64,000 bases of DNA from Anthoceros angustus (taxonomy: Eukaryota > Plantae > Anthocerotophyta). Positions 1 to 11,924 of the stretch are shown here, in pieces (the first letter of the stretch is position 1; every line of letters begins with the position of its first letter). The stretch covers positions 62,001 to 126,000 of the forward strand of contig MU008176.1 in the NCBI GenBank assembly GCA_010909165.1, given 5' to 3'. The position numbers were made by a program, and so were the translations under genes. The notes under the pieces were generated by a model, which did no database searches, had not been told where the DNA came from, and saw only the letters and a list, made by a program, of their open reading frames with translations.

Positions 1-349
1 TGCAAGGGACAGATTTCTGTGACCGCAGACTTGATTTCTGTAACCACTCCTTCGCCCTTTTTGATCGAACGCCCTTTCACATATGGCTTCAAGGCTTGAA
101 GTGTGCACTACAAGTTTGTCTTCGTGGCCTACCATTTGGACAGCACATGTGTAAAAAGAGAATCTGCCATTAAATTTGAGTCAGTCGAGAGACGGACATG
201 GGCACCAAATGGCTCCGGACGTCGCTGCCTCTCTCAGTTCCAGTGGAACTGGCAAGGACCACAAGGAAGCTGCAGGTCCGCTGACCCCACGATTTTTTCA
301 CAACCAAGCTGGAGAAGACCAACAAGACGAAAGAATTTACCGTTACTGT

Positions 350-455
350 ACGTCGGATCAAAGGATAACACATGGCGATATATGCGCTTGCAGTACTGAA
401 TGCTGATAAGAGTGGGCGCCCATCTCATCAACTGCAGATTGAGCAGCCAATGAGG
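350..455 (+). promoter_or_regulatory. Putative light-responsive promoter motifs upstream of Lhcb paralogue A
   Basis: GGATAA near 363, I-box core GATAAG at 405-410 and CCAATGA at 447-453, typical of Lhcb promoters. Motif match only. Confidence 0.4.
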
Positions 456-614
456 TGGTGGAGAGAGGAGCAAGCCCGGTTCCCTGCCGCGTGGCTCACT
501 TTGGCGAGCCAGCCTACAAAGCATCCAGGACCAGCCCATTTACTCAACGCTTGCGTCCTCCGCTCTTCATCTCTCCTCTATCTGTTGCTTCTTGCACTGT
601 TAAGCTCCAGAGCC

Positions 615-1418
615 ATGGCTGCGACAGCCACAGCATGCGCCTCCAGTTCTGCCCTCGCAGGGCAGACTGTCTTCAAGCAGCGCAGCGAGATCTTGAATGC
701 CGCAGGCAGCGCTGAGTCCAGGCTGCAGATGAGGAAGTCGGCTGCCAGCTCCAGCTCCAGCATCTGGTACGGTGCCGACCGGCCTCTGTGGCTGGGACCC
801 TTTTCTGGCGAGACTCCATCTTACCTGAAGGGAGAGTTCCCGGGCGACTACGGCTGGGACACTGCAGGATTGTCCGCCGATCCCGAGACATTCGCCAGGA
901 ACCGTGAGCTGGAGGTGATTCATGCTCGGTGGGCGATGCTGGGAACACTGGGTTGCGTCACCCCCGAGCTTCTGGCCAGGAACGGGGTCTCCTTCGGCGA
1001 GTCCGTGTGGTTCAAGGCTGGGTCTCAGATCTTCGCTGAGGGCGGGCTGGATTATCTGGGGAACCCGAGCCTGGTTCACGCTCAGAGCATTCTGGCAATC
1101 TGGGCTACCCAAGTGATCCTCATGGGAGCTGTGGAGGCTTACCGTGTGGCTGGAGGACCGTTGGGTGAGGTGAGCGATCCCCTGTACCCCGGAGGCTCGT
1201 TCGACCCCTTGGGTCTGGCTGACGATCCCGACACCTTCGCTGAGCTCAAGGTGAAGGAGCTGAAGAATGGGCGGCTGGCTATGTTCTCCATGTTCGGCTT
1301 CTACGTCCAGGCCATCGTCACTGGAAAGGGCCCCATCGAGAACCTTTCTGACCACTTGGCTGATCCGACTGTCAACAATGCTTGGGCTTATGCCACCAAC
1401 TTCACCCCCGGCGCTTAA
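615..1418 (+). CDS. Lhcb1: Major light-harvesting chlorophyll a/b-binding protein of LHCII (Lhcb1/LhcbM type), paralogue A; intact and intronless, 267 aa
   Basis: ATG at 615 is in frame with the ORF ending at 1418. Transit peptide [16 protein letters not shown] is followed by [42 protein letters not shown] and [19 protein letters not shown], ending [14 protein letters not shown]. Confidence 0.97.
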   Translation: MAATATACASSSALAGQTVFKQRSEILNAAGSAESRLQMRKSAASSSSSIWYGADRPLWLGPFSGETPSYLKGEFPGDYGWDTAGLSADPETFARNRELEVIHARWAMLGTLGCVTPELLARNGVSFGESVWFKAGSQIFAEGGLDYLGNPSLVHAQSILAIWATQVILMGAVEAYRVAGGPLGEVSDPLYPGGSFDPLGLADDPDTFAELKVKELKNGRLAMFSMFGFYVQAIVTGKGPIENLSDHLADPTVNNAWAYATNFTPGA

Positions 1419-2620
1419 GTGTAGGGCTCTTTTGTTCTCCGGATCATCTCGTTCTCTTGGCAGTTACCACCATGATCATGAGCTGCCAATTGTACACTAC
1501 GTACTCACTGAAAGGAAACTTGCCGGATTGTGTTCTGTGTATGTTCTTTGAAGGACCCTTTGTGCAGCAAACGAGAAGAACAGCATGTAACTTGCTAGAA
1601 CCTACAAGGCTTTTACTTCCATGTAAGCTACCGGTCCTGTTGTCAGTTGTAAGCAGAGATGTGAGGCTTACAAAGGAAAAGCGAGCTCCATGGAATGTTC
1701 CTGAACCACCTTCTTATGTTGCTGAAAATTGCGTGCTGGCTACCGGTCGTTGAGGCTTGTTGAATGGCATGATCGTTCACATACGTTGCTCCGAATCCAA
1801 TGTCATAAAGTCTTCTGTGGCAGCACATTTTGGAAACCTCTTGCGCTTCCCTTCTCCACAGGTTGTCAACATGTGGAAGGGACAGATGAATTCTGTAACC
1901 ACGGGCAATCTTTCTCGAACAACTCCTTGACCCCTTCTTGATCGAAGGCCCTGTTACATACATACAGCTTGAAGTGTGCACCACAAGTTGTCTTCGGGGC
2001 CTACTATCGGGTGCGCAGCACATGTGAAAATGCGGAATGAGAATCTGCATCTGCCCCTCGGTTTCAGACTTTCAGTTCCAGCAACCAGAACGTGGAACTC
2101 GCAACCACCACTAGGAAGCTGCAGGTCTGCTGACCCCACAAAAAATTCGCAAGCCCTTGAAAGCCTGGCCGCTTGTAGGCTGGTATGCAGCCATCTGCAT
2201 GGACCCCGCACGTCGCCCGGGAATATAGCTTCTGCAATCCATTGCAATCCCTATGGGCGCTACGATGTGTCAGTGCACTGTGCACATGCCAACCTGGAGA
2301 AGACCAAGAGCGGCGATACGAAAGGATTCACCACTGTCCCGTTACTGTACGTCGGATCAAAGGATAACACATGGCGATATATGCGCTTGCAGTGCGCTGA
2401 ATGCTCCTTATCTGAATGAGAGCGGGCGCCTGTCTCATCAGCTCCACATTGTTGAGCCAATGAGATGCTGGAGAGAGGATCAAGCCCGGTTCCTTGCCGC
2501 GTGGCTCACCTCGGCAAACCAGCCTACAAAGCATCCAGCGCAAGCCTGTTCACGAGACCTGCTTCCTCCGCTCTTCATCTCTCTCTATCTGTTGCTTCTT
2601 GCACTGTTAAGCTCTGAGCC

Positions 2621-3534
2621 ATGGCCGCCACAGCCACAGCATGCCTCCAGCTCTGCCCTGGCAGGGCAGACCGTCTTCAAGCAGCGCAGCGAGATCCTGG
2701 ATGCTGCTGGCAGCGAGTCCAAGCTCCAGAGCCATGGCCGCCACAGCCACAGCATGCGCCTCCAGCTCTGCCCTGGCAGGGCAGACCGTCTTCAAGCAGC
2801 GCAGCGAGATCCTGATGCTGCTGGCAGCGAGTCCAAGCTCCAGATGAGGAAGTCGCGGTCGGCTGCCAGCTCCAGCTCCAGCATCTGGTACGGTGCCGAC
2901 CGGCCCCTGTGGCTGGGACCCTTTCTGGCGAGACTCCATCTTACCTGAAGGGAGAGTTCCCAGGCGACTACGGCTGGGACACTGCAGGATTGTCTGCCGA
3001 TCCCGAGACATTCGCCAGGAACCGGGAGCTGGAGGTGATTCATGCTCGGTGGGCGATGCTGGGAACACTGGGTTGCGTCACCCCGAGCTTCTGGCCAGGA
3101 ACGGGGTCTCCTTCGGCGAGTCCGTGTGGTTCAAGGCTGGGTCTCAGATCTTCGCTGAGGGCGGGCTGGATTATCTGGGGAACCTGAGCCTGGTTCACGC
3201 TCAGAGCATTCTGGCAATCTGGGCTACCCAAGTGATCCTCATGGGAGCTGTGGAGGCTTACCGTGTGGCTGGAGGACCGTTGGGTGAGGTGAGCGATCCC
3301 TGTACCCCGGAGGCTCGTTCGACCCTTGGGTCTGGCTGACGACCCCGACACCTTCGCTGAGCTCAAGGTGAAGGAGCTCAAGAACGGACGCCTTGCCATG
3401 TTCTCCATGTTCGGCTTCTACGTCCAGGCCATCGTCACTGGAAAGGGCCCCATCGAGAACCTTTCTGATCACTTGGCTGATCCCAGTGTGAACAACGCCT
3501 GGGCTTATGCCACCAACTTCACCCCGGCGCTTAA
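2621..3534 (+). pseudogene. Lhcb1: Lhcb copy with an internally duplicated transit-peptide segment and several frameshifts (probably a garbled copy of paralogue B)
   Basis: The ATGGCCGCCACAGCC... segment occurs twice (2621 and ~2733). LHCII motifs are split across frames (ORFs 2909-3187, 2893-3339, 3326-3589). Both flanks match those of the 9124 copy. Confidence 0.75.
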
Positions 3535-4220
3535 GTGTCGCCTTTGTTCTTCCAAATTGTTTCCTCATGGTAGCTTACCACCACCATGATCTGCAGAGCT
3601 GCCATGTAATTCTACGTTCCGTGCTCATTGAACAGAATCAAATCTGCTTTGCGATGTTGTCTGATTTATTTATGACTACACCATGTGCAGTGTGCACCAA
3701 ACAAAATCACATAAGAGATGATCGTCGTGTTCTCATCTTGTTCCCTAAGCTTGCAATCCTTCTGGATTCTTCGTTGATAAAATTGATGTGGTGGACATTG
3801 CGTCGGATTTCGTTGGATCTCTTTCTCCAGGATATTTCCCTACTTTTGGAAATTACAGATTGGACTTCAGTGGACATCATACTTGCTAATGCCTCTCTAC
3901 TGATCATAGAAGGCTGAGGAAGATTGAAGGTGAGGTGGTTTGCGCTTGCAGACATCGTCAATGCCAGAAACAAGAATCTGTCACTTTGCTGGCTCCAGCA
4001 CGGGAAATAGCTTCGTTTACTAACCAATGTGTGCTACATAGGTACATAGTACTAGATATGCTTCTGAATGGCGTTTAAACTTTAATGCTTTTTACGTACC
4101 TCTGTCTTCTCAGTCTTCCATGACGAAAATTCCGTGCTTAAGTGGATTTTAATATACTTCTTTCCTTCACTCTTCTATGATGTCCACGCATTCGGCGTTC
4201 TTATAAATGTGTGTCCAAAT

Positions 4221-4500
4221 GGCTTAGGTAGTGTCCTAAAGGGAGTGGATGCCCTTTGTGCAAATAGCTTAGGTACACCATGGTGCAAGTCCTGAACTTA
4301 CATCGGTACTTAGATGGGGTGCTTAAAGGGAGTGGATGCCCTTGGTGTCATCTATGCCCAAAGGGAGTGGATGCCCTTGGTACAAGTAGCTTAGACACAC
4401 CATGGTACAAGTCCTGAGCTTACATCGGTACTTAGATGGGGTGCCTAAAGGGAGTGGATGCCCTTAGTGTAAGTAGGAAAAACCATGGTACAAGTTGTTA
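4221..4500. repeat. Minisatellite of ~122 bp higher-order units with the core AAAGGGAGTGGATGCCCTT x4; the block recurs at ~6330, ~8200 and ~10620
   Basis: Core at 4238, 4325, 4360 and 4447. The core has an AAGGG/CCCTT self-complementary stem. Confidence 0.85.
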
Positions 4501-5331
4501 AGTACCAAGTCCCATATGGAAATCCGTCCTTAGTTGACTTAAATAAAATTCTTCTTATTCTTCTTCTTCATACCGTAGGGCCCAAAAGCGCACATACAAG
4601 TGTCTCGACTTCGTAAGTGTAGGGCTCTTTGTTCTTCCAAATTGTTTCCTCATGGTAGCTTACCACCACCATGATCTGCAGAGCTGCCAATTGTACACTA
4701 CGTACTCACTGAAAGGAAACTTGCCGGATTGTGTTCTGTGTATGTTCTTTGAAGGACCTTTGTGCAGCAAACGAGAAGAACAGCATGTAACTTGCTAGAA
4801 CCTACAAGGCTTTTTACTTCCATGTAAGCTACCGGTCCTGTTGTCAGTTGTAAGCAGAGATGTGAGGCTTACAAAGGAAAAGCGAGCTCCATGGAATGTT
4901 CCTGAACCACCTTCTTATGTTGCTGAAAATTGCGTGCTGGCTACCGGTCGTTGAGGCTTGTTGAATGGCATGATCGTTCACATACGTTGCTCCGAATCCA
5001 ATGTCATAAAGTCTTCTGTGGCAGCACATTTTGGAAACCTCTTGCGCTTCCCTTCTCCACAGGTTGTCAACATGTGGAAGGGACAGATGAATTCTGTAAC
5101 CACGGGCAATCTTTTCTCGAACAACTCCTTGACCCCTTCTTGATCGAAGGCCCCTGTTACATACATACAGCTTGAAGTGTGCACCACAAGTTGTCTTCGG
5201 GGCCTACTATCGGGTGCGCAGCACATGTGAAAATGCGGAATGAGAATCTGCATCTGCCCCTCGGTTTCAGACTTTCAGTTCCAGCAACCAGAACGTGGAA
5301 CTCGCAACCACCACTAGGAAGCTGCAGGTCT

Positions 5332-5390
5332 GCTGATCCCAGTGTGAACAACGCCTGGGCTTATGCCACCAACTTCACCCCGGCGCTTAA
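5332..5390 (+). pseudogene. Isolated 3' tip of Lhcb CDS ([18 protein letters not shown]) spliced between unrelated flank blocks
   Basis: Matches the last codons of Lhcb. It is entered at GCTGA(T/C)CCC and exited at TAAGTGTAG microhomologies. Confidence 0.7.
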
Positions 5391-8300
5391 GTGTAGTATG
5401 AGCTCACCTAAAACACCTCAACCCCTGGTCAGCAGTGACCGGCTCTGTACAACCATGGAAGGCCTTTGCTTTGAAATTGAATCCATGAGTTCATAGCCGT
5501 TGGAGGAAAAGATGGCGAAACTGGCAAAAGAGAGACGCTTCAAACTCCCAGCGCTCCCTTGAGACAAGTTTGCTCTCCTCATTTCTGCTGTGAGGGACGG
5601 ATGCTCTGTGCTGTGTGCCTCCTTGCCGTATGCGAAGAGATCCTGTGGTGTGCGGCGTTGACGGCTTTCACTCGCTCCTCTTTGGTGTCGGAGTTTTGAG
5701 CTGGAAGTATTTTTCTGCCTGGTGAAGGATGGAGCAAGAACGGCATCCTTCGCTGTTTGGACAAGCATCAGCATTCAGGAGAGCCTGATGCTGCGCAGTG
5801 GTGTAGAAAGTGCTCGTGGTTTGAGGCCGCAGGAGGAGGATTTTTTCCTCCGCTCCTGTCGCTTGGCTTTTGGCGAGAGAATGTTCGCAGGATTTGGATT
5901 CAGCGCCGGGCGGAGATTCCAGATTAGGTTTTTGTTTCTTGTTGCTCGCTGAGAGTGTAGCTCGTAGTGAGCTGGAGTCTTGGCGTTGCAACGTCAAGTC
6001 TTGGGCTGGCGGACCTGAATTGTTACCGCTCTGGATTGTCAATCTTGCCAAAAGCCTGTAGGCTTTTTTACACTTTTGTAACAAGGTACTTGTTTTGGTG
6101 AGCTTCATGTTGCTTAGCCTCGCACGTCAATTTGTGTTGTTTTCTTGTTGAATTACTACTCGTCCCCCGTAGTTCATCCTTGAGCAGTGCTGCGGAGACT
6201 TCGCTGTTCTCCGGATCATCTCGTTCTCTTGGCAGTTACCACCATGATCTGCAGAGCTGCCAATTGTACACTACGTACTCACTGAAAGGAAACTTGCCGG
6301 ATTGTGTTCTGTGTATGTTCTTTGAAGGACCCTTTGTGCAAATAGCTTAGGTACACCATGGTGCAAGTCCTGAACTTACATCGGTACTTAGATGGGGTGC
6401 TTAAAGGAGTGGATGCCCTTGGTGTCATCTAAGTGCCCAAAGGGAGTGGATGCCCTTGGTACAAGTAGCTTAGACACACCATGGTACAAGTCCTGAGCTT
6501 ACATCGGTACTTAGATGGGGTGCCTAAAGGGAGTGGATGCCCTTAGTGTAAGTAGCTAGGAAAAACCATGGTACAAGTTGTTAAGTACCAAGTCCCATAT
6601 GGAAATCCGTCCTTAGTTGACTTAAATAAAATTCTTCTTATTCTTCTTCTTCATACCGTAGGGCCCAAAAGCGCACATACAAGTGTCTCGACTTCGTAAG
6701 TGTAGTATGAGCTCACCTAAAACACCTCAACCCCTGGTCAGCAGTGACCGGCTCTGTACAACCATGGAAGGCCTTTGCTTTGAAATTGAATCATGAGTTC
6801 ATAGCCGTTGGAGGAAAAGATGGCGAAACTGGCAAAAGAGACGCTTCAAACTCCCAGCGCTCCCTTGAGACAAGTTTGCTCTCCTCATTTCTGCTGTGAG
6901 GGACGGATGCTCTGTGCTGTGTGCTGCCTCCTTGCCGTATGCGAAGAGATCCTGTGGTGTGCGGCGTTGACGGCTTTCACTCGCTCCTCTTTGGTGTCGG
7001 AGTTTTTGGAGCTGGAAGTATTTTTCTGCCTGGTGAAGGATGGAGCAAGAACGGCATCCTTCGCTGTTTGGACAAGCATCAGCATTCAGGAGAGCTCGAT
7101 GCTGCGCAGTGGTGTAGAAAGTGCTCGTGGTTTGAGGCCGCAGGAGGAGGATTTTTTTCCTCCGCTCCTGTCGCTTGGCTTTTGGCGAGAGAATGTTCGC
7201 AGGATTTGGATTCAGCGCCGGGCGGAGATTCCAGATTAGGTTTTTTGTTTCTTGTTGCTCGCTGAGAGTGTAGCTCGTAGTGAGCTGGAGTCTTGTTGCA
7301 ACGTCAAGTCTTGGGCTGGCGGACCTGAATTGTTACCGCTCTGGATTGTCAATCTTGCCAAAAGCCTGTAGGCTTTTTTACACTTTTGTAACAAGGTACT
7401 TGTTTTGGTGAGCTTCATGTTGCTTAGCCTCGCACGTCAATTTGTGTTGTTTTCTTGTTGAATGGCATGATCGTTCACATACGTTGCTCGAATCCAATGT
7501 CATAAAGTCTTCTGTGGCAGCACATTTTGAAACCTCTTGCGCTTCCCTTCTCCACAGGTTGTCAACATGTGGAAGGGACAGATGAATTCTGTAACCACGG
7601 GCAATCTTTCTCGAACAACTCCTTGACCCCTTCTTGATCGAAGGCCCTGTTACATACATACAGCTTGAAGTGTGCACCAAACAAAATCACATAAGAGATG
7701 ATCGTCGTGTTCTCATCTTGTTCCCTAAGCTTGCAATCCTTCTGGATTCTTCGTTGATAAAATTGATGTGGTGGACATTGCGTCGGATTTCGTTGGATCT
7801 CTTTTCCAGGATATTTCCTACTTTTTGGAAATTACAGATTGGACTTCAGTGGACATCATACTTGCTAATGCCTCTCTACTGATCATAGAAGGCTGAGGAA
7901 GATTGAAGGTGAGGTGGTTTGCGCTTTGCAGACATCGTCAATGCCAGAAACAAGAATCTGTCACTTTGCTGGCTCCAGCACGGGAAATAGCTTCGTTTAC
8001 TAACCAATGTGTGCTACATAGGTACATAGTACTAGATATGCTTCTGAATGGCGTTTAAACTTTAATGCTTTTTACGTACCTCTGTCTTCAGTCTTCCATG
8101 ACGAAAATTCCGTGCTTAAGTGGATTTTAATATACTTCTTCCTTCACTCTTCTATGATGTCCACGCATTCGGCGTTCTTATAAATGTGTGTCCAAATGGC
8201 TTAGGTAGTGTCCTAAAGGGAGTGGATGCCCTTTGTGCAAATAGCTTAGGTACACCATGGTGCAAGTCCTGAACTTACATCGGTACTTAGATGGGGTGCT

Positions 8301-9123
8301 TAAAGGGAGTGGATGCCCTTGGTGTCATCTAAGTGCCCAAAGGAGTGGATGCCCTTGGTACAAGTAGCTTAGACACACCATGGTACAAGTCCTGAGCTTA
8401 CATCGGTACTTAGATGGGGTGCCTAAAGGGAGTGGATGCCCTTAGTGTAAGTAGCTAGGAAAAACCATGGTACAAGTTGTCTTCGGGGCCTACTATCGGG
8501 TGCGCAGCACATGTGAAAATGCGGAATGAGAATCTGCATCTGCCCCTCGGTTTCAGACTTTCAGTTCCAGCAACCAGAACGTGGAACTCGCAACCACCAC
8601 TAGGAAGCTGCAGGTCTGCTGACCCCACAAAAAATTCGCAAGCCCTTGAAAGCCTGGCCGCTTGTAGGCTGGTATGCAGCCATCTGCATGGACCCCGCAC
8701 GTCGCCCGGGAATATAGCTTCTGCAATCCATTGCAATCCCTATGGGCGCTACGATGTGTCAGTGCACTGTGCACATGCCAACCTGGAGAAGACCAAGAGC
8801 GGCGATACGAAAGGATTCACCACTGTCCCGTTACTGCACTCCACGGATCAAAGGATAAAGAAGCCCAAGATATGCGCTTGCAGTGCGCTGAATGCTCCTT
8901 ATCTGAATGAGAGCGGGCGCCCGTCTCATCAGCTCCACATTGTTGAGCCAATGAGATGCTGGAGAGAGGATCAAGCCCGGTTCCTTGCCGCGTGGCTCAC
9001 CTCGGCAAACCAGCCTACAAAGCATCCAGCGCAAGCCTGTTCACGAGACCTGCTTCCTCCGCTCTCCTGCTGCCAGACTGCTTCTTCTCAGAGCCACAGA
9101 CAAACAGCGTTAAGCTCTGAGCC

Positions 9124-9932
9124 ATGGCCGCCACAGCCACAGCATGCGCCTCCAGCTCTGCCCTGGCAGGGCAGACCGTCTTCAAGCAGCGCAGCGAGAT
9201 CCTGGATGCTGCTGGCAGCAGCGAGTCCAAGCTCCAGATGAGGAAGTCGCGGTCGGCTGCCTCCTCCAGCTCCAGCATCTGGTACGGTGCCGACCGGCCC
9301 CTGTGGCTGGGACCCTTCTCCGGCGAGACTCCATCCTACCTCAAGGGAGAGTTCCCAGGCGACTACGGCTGGGACACAGCAGGATTGTCTGCCGATCCCG
9401 AGACATTCGCCAGGAACCGGGAGCTGGAGGTGATTCATGCTCGGTGGGCGATGCTGGGAACACTGGGTTGCGTCACCCCGAGCTTCTGGCCAGGAACGGG
9501 GTCTCCTTCAGCGAGTCCGTGTGGTTCAAGGCTGGGTCTCAGATCTTCGCTGAGGGCGGGCTGGATTATCTGGGGAACCCGAGCCTGGTTCACGCTCAGA
9601 GCATTCTGGCAATCTGGGCTACCCAGGTGATCCTCATGGGAGCTGTAGAGGCTTACCGTGTGGCTGGAGGACCTTTGGGTGAGGTGAGCGATCCCCTGTA
9701 CCCCGGAGGCTCGTTCGACCCTTTGGGTCTGGCTGACGACCCCGACACCTTCGCTGAGCTCAAGGTGAAGGAGCTCAAGAACGGACGCCTTGCCATGTTC
9801 TCCATGTTCGGCTTCTACGTCCAGGCCATCGTCACCGGAAAGGGCCCAATTGAGAACCTTTCTGATCACTTGGCTGATCCCAGTGTGAACAACGCCTGGG
9901 CTTATGCCACCAACTTCACCCCTGGAGCTTAA
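9124..9932 (+). CDS. Lhcb1: Major LHCII protein (Lhcb1/LhcbM type), paralogue B; one apparent 1-nt deletion near 9478, likely a sequencing error
   Basis: ORF 9124-9630 gives the N-terminal half and ORF 9144-9932 the C-terminal half. CACCCCGAG here versus CACCCCCGAG in paralogue A. The N-terminus differs from A ([18 protein letters not shown] vs [15 protein letters not shown]). Confidence 0.9.
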
Positions 9933-11924
9933 GTGTCGCCTTTTGTTCTTCCAAATTGTTTCCTCATGGTAGCTTACCACCACCATGATCTGCAGAGCTG
10001 CCATGTAATTCTACGTTCCGTGCTCATTGAACAGAATCAAATCTGCTTTGCGATGTTGTCTGATTTATTTATGACTACACCATGTGCAGTGTGCACCAAA
10101 CAAAATCACATAAGAGATGATCGTCGTGTTCTCATCTTGTTCCCTAAGCTTGCAATCCTTCTGGATTCTTCGTTGATAAAATTGATGTGGTGGACATTGC
10201 GTCGGATTTCGTTGGATCTCTTTTCTCCAGGATATTTCCCCTACTTTTTGGAAATTACAGATTGGACTTCAGTGGACATCATACTTGCTAATGCCTCTCT
10301 ACTGATCATAGAAGGCTGAGGAAGATTGAAGGTGAGGTGGTTTGCGCTTTGCAGACATCGTCAATGCCAGAAACAAGAATCTGTCACTTTGCTGGCTCCA
10401 GCACGGGAAATAGCTTCGTTTACTAACCAATGTGTGCTACATAGGTACATAGTACTAGATATGCTTCTGAATGGCGTTTAAACTTTAATGCTTTTTACGT
10501 ACCTCTGTCTTCTCAGTCTTCCATGACGAAAATTCCGTGCTTAAGTGGATTTTAATATACTTCTTTCCTTCACTCTTCTATGATGTCCACGCATTCGGCG
10601 TTCTTATAAATGTGTGTCCAAATGGCTTAGGTAGTGTCCTAAAGGGAGTGGATGCCCTTTGTGCAAATAGCTTAGGTACACCATGGTGCAAGTCCTGAAC
10701 TTACATCGGTACTTAGATGGGGTGCTTAAAGGGAGTGGATGCCCTTGGTGTCATCTAAGTGCCCAAAGGAGTGGATGCCCTTGGTACAAGTAGCTTAGAC
10801 ACACCATGGTACAAGTCCTGAGCTTACATCGGTACTTAGATGGGGTGCCTAAAGGGAGTGGATGCCCTTAGTGTAAGTAGCTAGGAAAAACCATGGTACA
10901 AGTTGTTAAGTACCAAGTCCCATATGGAAATCCGTCCTTAGTTGACTTAAATAAAATTCTTCTTATTCTTCTTCTTCATACCGTAGGGCCCAAAAGCGCA
11001 CATACAAGTGTCTCGACTTCGTAAGTGTAGTATGAGCTCACCTAAAAAACACCTCAACCCCTGGTCAGCAGTGACCGGCTCTGTACAACCATGGAAGGCC
11101 TTTGCTTTGAAATTGAATCCCCCGCGAGTTCATAGCCGTTGGAGGAAAAGATGGCGAAACTGGCAAAAGAGAGACGCTTCAAACTCCCAGCGCTCCCTTG
11201 AGACAAGTTTGCTCTCCTCATTTCTGCTGTGAGGGACGGATGCTCTGTGCTGTGTGCTGCCTCCTTGCCGTATGCGAAGAGATCCTGTGGTGTGCGGCGT
11301 TGACGGCTTTCACTCGCTCCTCTTTGGTGTCGGAGTTTTTGGAGCTGGAAGTATTTTTCTGCCTGGTGAAGGATGGAGCAAGAACGGCATCCTTCGCTGT
11401 TTGGACAAGCATCAGCATTCAGGAGAGCCTGATGCTGCGCAGTGGTGTAGAAAGTGCTCGTGGTTTGAGGCCGCAGGAGGAGGATTTTTTTCCTCCGCTC
11501 CTGTCGCTTGGCTTTTGGCGAGAGAATGTTCGCAGGATTTGGATTCAGCGCCGGGCGGAGATTCCAGATTAGGTTTTTTGTTTCTTGTTGCTCGCTGAGA
11601 GTGTAGCTCGTAGTGAGCTGGAGTCTTGGCGTTGCAACGTCAAGTCTTGGGCTGGCGGACCTGAATTGTTACCGCTCTGGATTGTCAATCTTGCCAAAAG
11701 CCTGTAGGCTTCTTTTACACTTTTGTAACAAGGTACTTGTTTTGGTGAGCTTCATGTTGCTTAGCCTCGCACGTCAATTTGTGTTGTTTTCTTGTTGAAT
11801 TACTACTCGTCCCCCCCGTAGTTCATCCTTGAGCAGTGCTGCGGAGACTTCGCTGTTCTCCGGTGTTCGCAAGGCCCAGGCTGGCGTAGTGCTGATTCTG
11901 CTGTGTTGTCCTGATTTTTTGTAG

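Larger units (their letters stand above)
1980..8470. repeat. Mosaic of near-identical duplicated blocks (Lhcb flanks and the 5' part of the downstream gene)
   Basis: Examples: 4780-5340 repeats ~1600-2135; 5395-6220 and 6700-7460 repeat ~11030-11860; 7680-8470 repeats 3700-4495. Junctions fall on shared 9-11-mers. Confidence 0.9.

Noticed and set aside
372-614. 81-aa N-terminal extension of Lhcb A in the ORF track
   Set aside because: It overlaps promoter motifs and the 5'UTR, the transit peptide begins at ATG 615, and paralogue B has no equivalent open frame.
600-1355. Long antisense ORFs over the Lhcb genes (also 9435-10004)
   Set aside because: These are shadow frames of GC-biased coding sequence.
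4238-4466. CRISPR-like repeat-spacer pattern
   Set aside because: The spacers are related to each other (higher-order tandem repeat), the context is eukaryotic and there are no cas genes.
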